Below, piece after piece: positions 37,772-47,477 of a stretch of 59,900 bases of DNA; the stretch's first letter is position 1; every line of letters starts with the position of its first letter. This DNA comes from Candidatus Uhrbacteria bacterium GW2011_GWF2_39_13 (GTDB taxonomy: Bacteria > Patescibacteriota > Patescibacteriia > UBA9934 > GWF2-40-263): assembly GCA_000993535.1 (NCBI GenBank), contig LBWG01000008.1, positions 1 through 59,900 on the forward strand, written 5' to 3'. The notes below the pieces were generated by a model. That model ran no database searches and was not told the DNA's origin. It saw only the letters and a list, made by a program, of their open reading frames with translations. Position numbers and translations under genes: made by a program.

Positions 37772-38656
37772 ATGAAAATCGCAATCACCCCTATAAGTGT
37801 TTCCAGAATGTTCCGTTCAGGAGAAATGGACATTGAAAAATTCATGCAATTCTGCGCCGAACTGGAGATTGACGGCATTGACTTGCTCGATTCGAATTAT
37901 TATCCGTGGTTCTGGAAAGATAAGAAAAATGAAATCAGGAAAATTCCGGGTTTGCTTGAGAAATACGGGCTCAAACTTGCCGCTTGTGCCACAGCAAATA
38001 ATTTTGCTAAACTGAAAGAAGAAGACAGAAAAACTACTGTTGAAAAAGTAAAGTCGGCAATTGCTGAAGCCGCTGAACTTGGAGCGCCCATGCTTCGTGT
38101 TTTCGGCGGTCATCATTATGATTTTGGCGGGGAAGCCGCAATTGATCATTGGAATGGTCTAAAGTTAGTTATGGAGGGACTGGAAAAATGCGTTGAGGAA
38201 GCGGCGCGTTACAAGGTGGTACTGGCGCTAGAAAACCATGGAAGGCTTCCGGGGCATTCATATGAAGTGGAAGCTATCATAAAGCATTTTAATTCTCCCT
38301 GGGTAAAAGTGATGTTCGACTGTGCTAATTTCATGGGGAATGCAATGGATGAGCCGGAAAATCCTCTGCGCGCATATGAACGACTTAAAAAACATGTTGT
38401 TCATGTCCATGTGAAAGACACGGGCCCAGCAATCACGTCAAACCTGCGCAGAATGGAAGGTTATGTCGCGGGAATGGGTAAAGTACCGCTCAGACAGTTT
38501 GCGGCATTGCTTGAAGAAAATAATTATCAGGGATTCTGTTCCCTGGAATATGAAGCGTCCGCAATTGTCCCGGAAACTATCGGTGTAAAACAGAGCATTG
38601 AATATCTCAAACGCATCAGGGCTATTCATCAGATGTTCAAAGAAGAAAACAAATAG
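37772..38656 (+). CDS. Sugar phosphate isomerase/epimerase (xylose-isomerase-like TIM barrel, AP_endonuc_2)
   Basis: LALENHG, FDCAN, HVHVKD and SLEYE metal motifs. Confidence 0.9.
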   Translation: MKIAITPISVSRMFRSGEMDIEKFMQFCAELEIDGIDLLDSNYYPWFWKDKKNEIRKIPGLLEKYGLKLAACATANNFAKLKEEDRKTTVEKVKSAIAEAAELGAPMLRVFGGHHYDFGGEAAIDHWNGLKLVMEGLEKCVEEAARYKVVLALENHGRLPGHSYEVEAIIKHFNSPWVKVMFDCANFMGNAMDEPENPLRAYERLKKHVVHVHVKDTGPAITSNLRRMEGYVAGMGKVPLRQFAALLEENNYQGFCSLEYEASAIVPETIGVKQSIEYLKRIRAIHQMFKEENK

Positions 38657-38663
38657 GTGAAAA

Positions 38664-39521
38664 ATGGATGTTGTTCAGGAAATAAGACTGATGTCCATAA
38701 TGGCGCATCAGGATGATTTTGAATTTACTGCGGCTGGCACGTTTGCCCTCATGAGAAAACATTACGGGGATAAGGTCAGAATTAAAATATTGACCACCAC
38801 CCGCGGGGCTTCGGGGCATCATCAGATGAACACTGAAGAGACATTCAGGAGGAGAGATGCAGAGGCCCGCAGAAGCGCGGAAACAATCGGCGCTGAATAT
38901 GAGTGTCTCAAATGCCTGGACGGAAATCATGTCGAAGCGCAGTTCTTCCCGGATAGAAACGCTCTCGGCGGTTTGTGGAACGCGATAAGAAAATTCCGTC
39001 CCGATTACATATTCTGCCCTCCTGTAATAAACAATCCTCTGGCAGGCATTCATGTTGACCATTACAATACGGCGGTGGCGGTAAGGATGCTGGGGTATCA
39101 GCTGACAGTTCCTCATGCTTATCCGGTGACAGGTGATGCGGTGGCTGAACGGGTGGATTTCCCTCTCATAATAAATGTGGATGACATGTATGCCAGAGAA
39201 AACGAGTGGCATTTCTGCATAGATGTGAGCGAAGTTTACGATAAGAAAAAAGTTCCCATGGCGCTCTGTCATGAATCGCAAATTTTTGAATGGCTTCCGT
39301 GGAATGCAAACATTCAGCCACCAACGACTGAACAATTCAAAGAAAACTTTATAAACAGGCATTTAAACATAAATAAACGCTATGGCCTGAATGATGGTAT
39401 TATGAGAGAGTTTTTCAGGATTACGGGCTGGAGTCGGAAATCTCTGCCAAAAGATTTCAAGACCATATTTCAGCGCATGAGCTTATCGGATGTCGGAAAG
39501 GAAGTATTGGAGAACGGATAG
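38664..39521 (+). CDS. PIG-L/LmbE family N-deacetylase
   Basis: AHQDDFE, RRRDAEA, HVDH and HESQ. Confidence 0.88.
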   Translation: MDVVQEIRLMSIMAHQDDFEFTAAGTFALMRKHYGDKVRIKILTTTRGASGHHQMNTEETFRRRDAEARRSAETIGAEYECLKCLDGNHVEAQFFPDRNALGGLWNAIRKFRPDYIFCPPVINNPLAGIHVDHYNTAVAVRMLGYQLTVPHAYPVTGDAVAERVDFPLIINVDDMYARENEWHFCIDVSEVYDKKKVPMALCHESQIFEWLPWNANIQPPTTEQFKENFINRHLNINKRYGLNDGIMREFFRITGWSRKSLPKDFKTIFQRMSLSDVGKEVLENG

Positions 39522-39609
39522 TAATAATATTAGAGAAAGTATACTCTATTAGTTTAATATTTTAAAACGCTTAAACTCACAGGTCAACAGTATCCCTAAT
39601 TCCTAAAGG

Positions 39610-39840
39610 GTGTCATAATTTATTGCGGTCACACACACAAGATAGAAACGGTATTTTTTTGAGTTTGAGAGTATCACATAATAATAATACAAGTTCGAAA
39701 ATCATGGATGCTCTGGCATTCATCAAGAACAAACCCAAGTCCACTTTTTACTAAAATCGTAAATTTGACGAATAGTTGACTGAAGGATGGATTGTTCAAA
39801 TCAATCCTTCAGTTTCTGGAAGCCAATATTTGGAGACTAC
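39610..39840. repeat. Dispersed MITE-like repeat, copy 3
   Basis: About 230 bp homologous to 18232-18466. Hairpin actgaaggat(39779-39788)/atccttcagt(39804-39813); ends in ggagactac, 3 bp from the next stop codon. Confidence 0.75.
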
Positions 39841-39843
39841 AAA

Positions 39844-41916
39844 TTATATTTCATATTTTATAATTGCATGGCGCATTATGGATTTCAAAATTGTTTCATG
39901 TCGACAATTATTTTTTTGCCAGGAAAGCTTGACAGGTTCTTTTTTTTCCGGTAAATAAAGCAATGAATTTTTCGGGATATGACCGCTTAATATGGAAAAA
40001 TTCATGTCAACTCCTCCCTTTAATTCTCCGCAGCGCATAAGCAGACAGCCCTGAGAATTGTCAGAAAACAGGACCCAGTCATGTCTGACTTCCGGATGCC
40101 CGTATATTTTTACGGGTTCGAGATCGGTTTTCAGCCATTCTATCATGCCGACAATTTCGTCCGCATTATATGGGTCTTTCCAATAGCGGCTGTCTATCGA
40201 GTTGTAATGGACATTATGTTTCGACTGGAAGACTCCCGGCTTGTATTTATAATCGATTTTTCCGATATATGCACATTTTCCCTTTCCGTACGTTGAGGTA
40301 ATGTTCTCTCCATTTTTCTGCGCCGTGGAGAATTGTTTATTAGGGTCGTAGTTCGCCGTTTCCTCAGTGGAGTCGGAACTGCCTGAAAAACTTCCGCCGA
40401 AAAGTTCAGCGAAAGCAGGATTGCAGCGTTTTCTGAAATCAACATTGAAAGCTCCTGACTTTTCAGTAACAAGAAGGGCAGCGCCATTTTTAACAAACGA
40501 AAAAATGACAGAAAGCTGAGTCTCGGAAATATATTCCGCATCAGGCAGTATCAGGAGATCAAAATCTTTTAATCCTTCTTCTGTTATAAATTCATCCTGG
40601 ACAATACTGAAAGGAATGCGGCGCTTGAAAAGAATATGCTCCATCACACACGCTGAAATATGAGAATCGTAATTAACAAGGGCCAATGACCTCTGATTTC
40701 GCCATACCGCAATGCGGGCTAAAGGCTTTACACCGCAATAAATATTTTTATGGCAGTTGAAGAAATCTGATAATTCCTGTATGCCGGGGCCCGGCTCCTC
40801 CAGAGCATTTTTCCTGGGTTCTGCGTATCCCCATCTGGAATAGATTCCGGGATTGCCAGAGAATGTCAGGTTAAAGCTCATTTCCTCATCAGTTTTAAAG
40901 GCCGTAATAACACTTTTTCCCAAGCGTCTCATGAGGTTCATTCCGCGCATCTTATGAGTCACCCTCGGTATTGCGTCAATATCGGTATCGGGACGCAAAT
41001 CAGGATTTTCTTCCCACACTATATCTACATATTTAGCCTGCGCCGTTGAATTGATGCCGTGAGTGAAAGCCTGGTTCACGCCCCACACCGACTGGCCGTT
41101 GGAATCTATGGCTATGCATGGATTCACTTTTTTGGCGTATTCAGATAATTCCTTAATATAATCAGTCACTGTGTCGCAGCGGAACTCGATCCATTCCTGC
41201 ATCAGGGGATTTTTTATTCTTTCCAGTTCCCATGGATTAAGGAAACGGAGATAGAAGTTAGGGGCCCTGAATGTTTCAAAGCCACCAAAACCGAAACGTT
41301 TTTTCTGTTCGTTTTCCGACGGATACCGCAGCCGCAGGAATTCCCTGAATTTTTCCTGGCAGTACCGGCAGTGACAGCTGTCCGGCTCCGGCCATACCGC
41401 CAAATTATCAAAATGCAATAAATCCGTTTTCACATAATTAACGGCTTTTTCTATTTGCTTTTTCATGTGTTCGCGCCAGCCGGGGGAATTGAAACATGCA
41501 ACCCATCGCCATGATTGTTCCCCTCCGTAATGGACAAATCTGTTGTCATGCGTATGCACAACCCAGTCTTCACAGTCCGGATAATCTTTCAGCATGGATT
41601 CAAAATAAACGGTGTTTGCAAGATATACCCCGTGTTTCATGTTATGCTTATGGCATAATTCTGCCAACTGCCTGGCTTTTTCCTGTTCTTCTTTCTGATC
41701 AGTGTCGCTTAATCCACGGTCGAACTGTCCGACTATCAAATTTATTCCGAGCAGTTTCAGTCTGGCAATCCGCTCTTCGCTGTATTCCCATTCATATAAT
41801 TCCTCTTCATTGTCCAGAGCGTTTCCGGCCCTTAATCTTCCGGCTAACGGGTGCCATCCTCCGGCAAGATAGATTCCTTCATTTTTCCACCAGTCATTTC
41901 TCTGTTGCGTAATCAT
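39844..41916 (-). CDS. Glycoside-hydrolase-like protein (GHL6/GH42-like barrel + GATase-like trimerisation domain)
   Basis: ACFNSPGWR, LLHFDN, CHCRYCQEKF and FDLLILPD...FVKNGAALLVT. Confidence 0.7.
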   Translation of the reverse strand: MITQQRNDWWKNEGIYLAGGWHPLAGRLRAGNALDNEEELYEWEYSEERIARLKLLGINLIVGQFDRGLSDTDQKEEQEKARQLAELCHKHNMKHGVYLANTVYFESMLKDYPDCEDWVVHTHDNRFVHYGGEQSWRWVACFNSPGWREHMKKQIEKAVNYVKTDLLHFDNLAVWPEPDSCHCRYCQEKFREFLRLRYPSENEQKKRFGFGGFETFRAPNFYLRFLNPWELERIKNPLMQEWIEFRCDTVTDYIKELSEYAKKVNPCIAIDSNGQSVWGVNQAFTHGINSTAQAKYVDIVWEENPDLRPDTDIDAIPRVTHKMRGMNLMRRLGKSVITAFKTDEEMSFNLTFSGNPGIYSRWGYAEPRKNALEEPGPGIQELSDFFNCHKNIYCGVKPLARIAVWRNQRSLALVNYDSHISACVMEHILFKRRIPFSIVQDEFITEEGLKDFDLLILPDAEYISETQLSVIFSFVKNGAALLVTEKSGAFNVDFRKRCNPAFAELFGGSFSGSSDSTEETANYDPNKQFSTAQKNGENITSTYGKGKCAYIGKIDYKYKPGVFQSKHNVHYNSIDSRYWKDPYNADEIVGMIEWLKTDLEPVKIYGHPEVRHDWVLFSDNSQGCLLMRCGELKGGVDMNFSILSGHIPKNSLLYLPEKKEPVKLSWQKNNCRHETILKSIMRHAIIKYEI

Positions 41917-41969
41917 TTAAAACCTCAAATTTATATTGCTTGGTACATTGAATTTTTTCTTTTAAAATG

Positions 41970-43424
41970 TCAAAAACTTAACGGGAAAAGCTCTTTGGGT
42001 TTAGCGTTAATAACGCTTTTACCTATCGCATAAGCTTCATCCATAGAGGATATCTTTTTTTCCTTCAGAAGTTCATTTAATATTTCGGCTATAAGCTTTT
42101 TGTTGGAATGCGCCATGCCCGCGCTGCCTTCGATATTAGCCATATCCAGGCCGGCGACAGTTCTGTATGGAAATTCAGAAATGAATGCTTTTGCCATTTT
42201 TCTGCCGAGTTCAGGTTCAAGCAGCGGTATCCAGGTAAAATCGGCAATTGCGTTTTTATATCTGGCGCATAAATCAAGGACCTCATTATAATAATGTTTA
42301 CCTCCGTGGAGGAGAATGAAGTTCATATCGGGATTTTTGGCAATCACCTCTTCAAGGAGGGCCGGCCGTGATGTTTCAATATCTTTGCCTTTATGTCCGG
42401 TGTGAATTTGGATTGTCTGCCATTTACGGTCTCTGGCCATGTTTATGCATCTGAAAAAAATGAAATCTTCAAAAACCCGAAGCGTCTCTTCAAAATCCAT
42501 ATCCTGAGAATCCAGAAATTCAGACTGCAATTTATTGAAAGCCTTTCTTGCATCTTTTTCTTCCCGCTCTCTGAATTCGACAGTCCTCGCGAAACAGCAG
42601 GCGCTCTTCATCTGGGATACTCCTCTGGATGCGAAATAATCAAAAGCTTTATCGAGAAAAACAAGATATTCGTCAAAAGATATGCTTTTCAGATATCTGT
42701 TAATTTCTCTTATGTGAATTTGAGACATTTCCCATGGTTTTCTGAGCGGAATGACCGGCAGTCCATTAATGTCCTGCACAAATTCCAGAAACCATTTGGC
42801 GATAGCGAAATCGCGTCGATACCTGAAAGGGAGGACCAGCGCATAATCAAATCTGAAAGTCGCGGGAAGAAACTTAAGTTCAAGTTGTTTATTTTCTTCT
42901 GTCAAATTATCAAAGTGTTCACGGGCATATCTGCTGGTCCAGATATTTATGCTTCTCACAATTCCGGCCTTCCTGTATGCGCCAGGCAGATGTTTCAGAA
43001 TTCCATCCTTGTATGCGGCCTTCACTCTCAGCGAAAGTTCCACATATTGTTTTCTGTCGGACATGTCCAGCTCCGGCATCTCGTAAAGTATTTTAAATCC
43101 ATCCACAAGCGTTTCTAAAGATTTCTCGCCTGAAAACTTTTTAAAATACGGTTGCGCCAACTCATAAGCGGCCATTTCGTTTTCAACGCATACGGACAGG
43201 AATTCCCACTTGTTTTTGTAAGGAAAACTTTCCGCTCTCACAAATAAATTACCCGCATAATCCTGAAACAGCAATTCAATCGGATTCCGGATGGCACGTC
43301 CTGTGTTTCTGAAAGAACCGTCAGGGTACCATTCATCTTTTTCCCAATGAAAATGAAAATCGCAGTATCCTGTCTCCATGATTTTCTTCTCAATGTTCTG
43401 TTCTGTTTCAATGCCCATAGTCAA
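41970..43424 (-). CDS. Amidohydrolase-superfamily protein (uronate isomerase-like)
   Basis: DFHFH, QIHTG, FILLHGG, ADFTW and NAKPKELF. Confidence 0.7.
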   Translation of the reverse strand: MTMGIETEQNIEKKIMETGYCDFHFHWEKDEWYPDGSFRNTGRAIRNPIELLFQDYAGNLFVRAESFPYKNKWEFLSVCVENEMAAYELAQPYFKKFSGEKSLETLVDGFKILYEMPELDMSDRKQYVELSLRVKAAYKDGILKHLPGAYRKAGIVRSINIWTSRYAREHFDNLTEENKQLELKFLPATFRFDYALVLPFRYRRDFAIAKWFLEFVQDINGLPVIPLRKPWEMSQIHIREINRYLKSISFDEYLVFLDKAFDYFASRGVSQMKSACCFARTVEFREREEKDARKAFNKLQSEFLDSQDMDFEETLRVFEDFIFFRCINMARDRKWQTIQIHTGHKGKDIETSRPALLEEVIAKNPDMNFILLHGGKHYYNEVLDLCARYKNAIADFTWIPLLEPELGRKMAKAFISEFPYRTVAGLDMANIEGSAGMAHSNKKLIAEILNELLKEKKISSMDEAYAIGKSVINAKPKELFPLSF

Positions 43425-43461
43425 TGCAAGTCCTGTTTTACAATTTTATACGTTCATGGCC

Positions 43462-46400
43462 CTATTTAAATATCAATTGTCCGTAACCGAAAACATCGTC
43501 TTTTGCAAAAGAGGCTCCGGACCAATCATATTCAGCTTCAAGTTTTCCGTCCTTGCTGTCGCTGTCCCGGCAACTGATATCAAACCCGAAAGTCTCTCCT
43601 TTCTTTACTCCAAAACCTGAGCGCTCAAGTGGAATTCTTGCAATATAACGCCTCTGGAATTTTTCCGCCCTGGAAACGGTTTCGACCTTAATTTTATTTC
43701 CGTCGGGCAATAAAAATTCCGCATCGGCTTTATCATTTTTAATAAAGACTACTTTCAATTTGAAGAGGTTCTTTGATTCTCTGTTTCCGATGTTTTTCAT
43801 AAGGTCCGGCTGAAAAACATATTCAACGCTTTCATTCCAATCACCCGGGATATCCGTTTTTTCGGGAATAATCAACTCGTCCTCGATAATACCGCCGACA
43901 TAGAAATATTTGTCATCATAGCGGATGAAATGCCTCGACATATAATCATGTTCCATTGATCCGTCGAGCTGCATATTGGGGTCGGTATTTTCTCCGCCGC
44001 ATCTGATCTGGCACCTTTGATATGAGCCGTTCAAGCCCCAGTTGACGTAAACTGACGCCGGAGACTGGAGTTTCTCCCATTGCTCCAGGAGCGTCAAATC
44101 AAATTTCCCGCTTTTCTCCGGCTCCGCATAATGGAGCCAGAAAAAATCTCCTGACTTCATGTAATTTCCCTCTGCCGTATTGACAAGGAGTTCGTCTGTC
44201 TTCTCCTCAACGGCAGTGGAGAAAAAATCATTTATCTCAAGCTGCGCGTAAACGGGATAGTTGCTTATGGCCCTGCCGTCAAAAACACCTTTGTCCTGTA
44301 TGCTGGTAAAGATTTTCCATTCGCCCGGCTTGACGTTAAAATCAAATATTTCAGGGGATTTTTTATAAAGCATATCCTTATACATTGTAAGTTTTCCGGA
44401 AAGCGTTTCAGCAGTGTTATTCTTTATAAAGCCGATGCACTCGGTCTGATCATTTTTCCGAGCGATAATGAAACGCGTTTCAAGCAGATCAATAACCTGC
44501 ATTTTTTTTACGGCCTCGAGAAGCTTCCTGTTTTTGCTTCCTATGAAAAGGGTCTGACCTCTTTTCATGATGATTTTTTCAGGGTTGAGAGGCGCCAGGT
44601 GAAAGTCAAGAACAGTCAGTTCTTTCGGATCAATACCAAGCTTCAGCTCTTTCAGCAGCGCGGGGGCCGGAGCATGAAGAACAACCCATGTCATATCTTT
44701 TATAGTAAAATAACATACTTCGATATTGCTGGCCCTGTCGGGAAAAAGGAGACCTCCCGCCTCCGCCTCGCGCATGAACTGCTCAAGAATTATCCATTGG
44801 GCGGCGGCGAAAGTAGGACGCCCGTCATAAATGGAAAACTGGTTAAAAGGATCGGTGGCATACATCCCGTATTTACCGACATATACGGAATATCTGACCG
44901 GACGGTATATTGACGTGATGACTGCCAAATCCCATGCCTGTTCATTGAAATAATCATAGTATTTTGCCGCGCTGAGGGGATTTCCGGTTTTATCGAACTG
45001 CTGGATGTCAGCGCAATTGTAGTACCAGCCAACCCCATCTATGAAAAACGGCAGATTGTTTTCTTTGTTGAACCTGTTTTCCCGGACATACCACCATTTC
45101 CCGGTGTTGTAACGGCTTCCTCCGTAGGTATCGGTAATTTTGCCCTTCACTTTTCCGATTTCCTTTTTATATGCCTCCGCGGGCAGGAACTCGAAGGAAT
45201 TCATGACTTCGACATCCGGATATTTTTCTTTTACGGCTTTGTATGTCGCGAGAAGATAAGGAAGGGCAGACCTGGCAGACATGTTATTAGTAAGTTCATC
45301 GGTAAGGATTATCATATTGTAATAAAGCCCTTTGTAATTCTCGAGAACGGACTGAACATACCATGCGCCGAATTCGGGGGACATCCACGGTTTTCCGCCA
45401 TTTGCCGCCGGCGTGTCCGAATAGACCGGAACATCATAAGGAGGAAGCTGAACAGGAAATATCCATGGTATCCATTTCAAACCTGAATTGATATTTTTCT
45501 CGACTTCGTTTCTGTAAAGGGCATGGTCATGATATCCTCGGCACGTCTGGTCAGCCTTGATTACAACATCATTCAGCGTAGTGACAAACTCATACCCATA
45601 ATGCCTTAACATTTTTCCTGAACGCTCCCTGATGTTCCTGCCCAATGCCCCCAGATAAACCGGATGTTTTGAAGCTTTTTCCATGGCCGCAGGATTCTGG
45701 ATTCTGCTGAAGGGCACGTTCAATATTTTTCCATCGTCTGTTTTTGCTGTGAGCATGAAATTTCCATATCCGTTAAAATTATCAAACTCGAAACTTTTTC
45801 TGCTTACGCCTTTGCCTCCCGATATTTTGAGGTCTCCCGAACCATATGTATTCCCTGCGACATCTTTAACTGTATACTTAAGCTTGAATTCTTTTTGCGT
45901 TTCCGTGTCATTAACGAGCACGGCTTCGAATTTTATATTTTCATTGTCATGGAAAGCCGAATACGGTGCCAGTACCGCTACCAGAACGGAAGCACCTTCC
46001 CCTTCCATGTATAAAGGATGGGCTTTTTCAGCCGGGACATAAGCCTGGACTGCATCAAGCTCCAGAGTGGCTCCGGGCTCTTCGCTTTCAAGCGCGAAAA
46101 GCAAAGCGATTTCTTCAGGCTTTCCCGATCTGAACTCGTAATCATACTTTTTCCATTCATTGCCAATTTTGAATTCTTTCACTGCGATCTGTTCTCTTTT
46201 TCCTTTAAGCGGTGAACCGGACCACTTGACGATTTTCAAAGACAATTTTGTATCGGGCTTATATGCTCTTGCCTGAAAACTGATATCGCAGCCTTCAATA
46301 GGAATCTCGAAATATTTACTTCCAATACCGGCACGATATTTCTTTGCGCCCTTATAATCATCCGGGTAAGCGCCTGCCTGAACAGCTTGCATCCTGGCGT

Positions 46401-47433
46401 ATCTTTTGCCATGAGGGGCATCTCCTTCTATTATGTCTCCGACGTCAAAAGTAAAATCGTCCTCTCCATCCATTCCCGGATTCCAGTAAGGCCTTCCTCC
46501 CGCTTCAAAACTGCCGTCAGTCACAAGATTGCCTTTATATTTTTTTCTGTTTTCATCCGCATTTTTCTTTTCCGGCGTTGAAGCCGCCGTTATTTTTCCT
46601 TCTTTCTTTTCGGATGCCAGGGTGAGGTCATACTTGCTCTTCAATCCTTTTTTCCACTCATATCCCGGTTCGTTGCTTATCTTCACTTTATCTATAATTA
46701 TGTATGGCAGACTGAATTCAGGGACATCGCCAATGCCGCCCGAGGCTATCTCCTCCGCAGTGATCCTTAATGCATTCCAGTCCGAGTTTGCTTTGACGAC
46801 AGGGTCTTCCAGGACGATGCTGTTTTTTTCTTTTACAAAACCGTTTGCCGTATTTTCAATATATGCAGTGCTGCTGCTTTTCAGACAGGGAATAAAACTG
46901 TAGCCGCTCCCGAAAAAAGGATACAGCTTTAAAATCGCAACGGGGGTGAAACCAGTTTTATCGGCCTTTCCAAGTTCAATCCTTACGATATTGCCTGATG
47001 GCGCGCCGTAATCAGTTCTCCTGTTTTTAGTCCAGCGGGTAAGCACGATCTGTGCGCCTATGAGATAATTTCCTGGAGGAAAATTGCGGTCGAAGACTTT
47101 AAGCATTCTTGCCGCTTCGCTCTCCGAATCGCAGACGGCAAATGCCCTTCCCGAGGCATGGGTATGTTCTTTCACATAAAACCCCTGTCCTTTTTCACGA
47201 TGAAAATCCGGATATACTTTGAGATTGTCAAAATCTTCAGCTTCCACAATTATATTCACCGGCTCACGGGGAACTTCTGTTATTTTGTTTTTAAAAAGAC
47301 TGTTTTCTTTGTCCGCCCGAACAGAATTATCTCCAAGAAGGAAGAGCGAAAAAAGCAGCGGCAATAAATATTTTGCTCTCAGCGGTCTGACGCTTGAAGC
47401 CGGAATTTTACTGTAAAAATTTAACAAGTCCAT
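43462..47433 (-). CDS. Large secreted multidomain protein (CBM-like + GH39/GH-A-like barrel + CBM9/DOMON-like C-terminus)
   Basis: Signal peptide; EAEDF, NLVTDGSFE (CBM4-like), and C-terminal YDDKYFYVG...FGFDI-x3-DSD (CBM9-like). Confidence 0.6.
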   Translation of the reverse strand: MDLLNFYSKIPASSVRPLRAKYLLPLLFSLFLLGDNSVRADKENSLFKNKITEVPREPVNIIVEAEDFDNLKVYPDFHREKGQGFYVKEHTHASGRAFAVCDSESEAARMLKVFDRNFPPGNYLIGAQIVLTRWTKNRRTDYGAPSGNIVRIELGKADKTGFTPVAILKLYPFFGSGYSFIPCLKSSSTAYIENTANGFVKEKNSIVLEDPVVKANSDWNALRITAEEIASGGIGDVPEFSLPYIIIDKVKISNEPGYEWKKGLKSKYDLTLASEKKEGKITAASTPEKKNADENRKKYKGNLVTDGSFEAGGRPYWNPGMDGEDDFTFDVGDIIEGDAPHGKRYARMQAVQAGAYPDDYKGAKKYRAGIGSKYFEIPIEGCDISFQARAYKPDTKLSLKIVKWSGSPLKGKREQIAVKEFKIGNEWKKYDYEFRSGKPEEIALLFALESEEPGATLELDAVQAYVPAEKAHPLYMEGEGASVLVAVLAPYSAFHDNENIKFEAVLVNDTETQKEFKLKYTVKDVAGNTYGSGDLKISGGKGVSRKSFEFDNFNGYGNFMLTAKTDDGKILNVPFSRIQNPAAMEKASKHPVYLGALGRNIRERSGKMLRHYGYEFVTTLNDVVIKADQTCRGYHDHALYRNEVEKNINSGLKWIPWIFPVQLPPYDVPVYSDTPAANGGKPWMSPEFGAWYVQSVLENYKGLYYNMIILTDELTNNMSARSALPYLLATYKAVKEKYPDVEVMNSFEFLPAEAYKKEIGKVKGKITDTYGGSRYNTGKWWYVRENRFNKENNLPFFIDGVGWYYNCADIQQFDKTGNPLSAAKYYDYFNEQAWDLAVITSIYRPVRYSVYVGKYGMYATDPFNQFSIYDGRPTFAAAQWIILEQFMREAEAGGLLFPDRASNIEVCYFTIKDMTWVVLHAPAPALLKELKLGIDPKELTVLDFHLAPLNPEKIIMKRGQTLFIGSKNRKLLEAVKKMQVIDLLETRFIIARKNDQTECIGFIKNNTAETLSGKLTMYKDMLYKKSPEIFDFNVKPGEWKIFTSIQDKGVFDGRAISNYPVYAQLEINDFFSTAVEEKTDELLVNTAEGNYMKSGDFFWLHYAEPEKSGKFDLTLLEQWEKLQSPASVYVNWGLNGSYQRCQIRCGGENTDPNMQLDGSMEHDYMSRHFIRYDDKYFYVGGIIEDELIIPEKTDIPGDWNESVEYVFQPDLMKNIGNRESKNLFKLKVVFIKNDKADAEFLLPDGNKIKVETVSRAEKFQRRYIARIPLERSGFGVKKGETFGFDISCRDSDSKDGKLEAEYDWSGASFAKDDVFGYGQLIFK

Positions 47434-47477
47434 TATGTTCCTCCATATTATTTTAAACTTATTTGCCTATTGTCTTT

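Noticed and set aside
4931..39840. Dispersed repeats as integron attC sites or CRISPR repeats
   Set aside because: They have no RYYYAAC/GTTRRRY ends, no integron integrase and no regular repeat-spacer period; copies are 13-21 kb apart.
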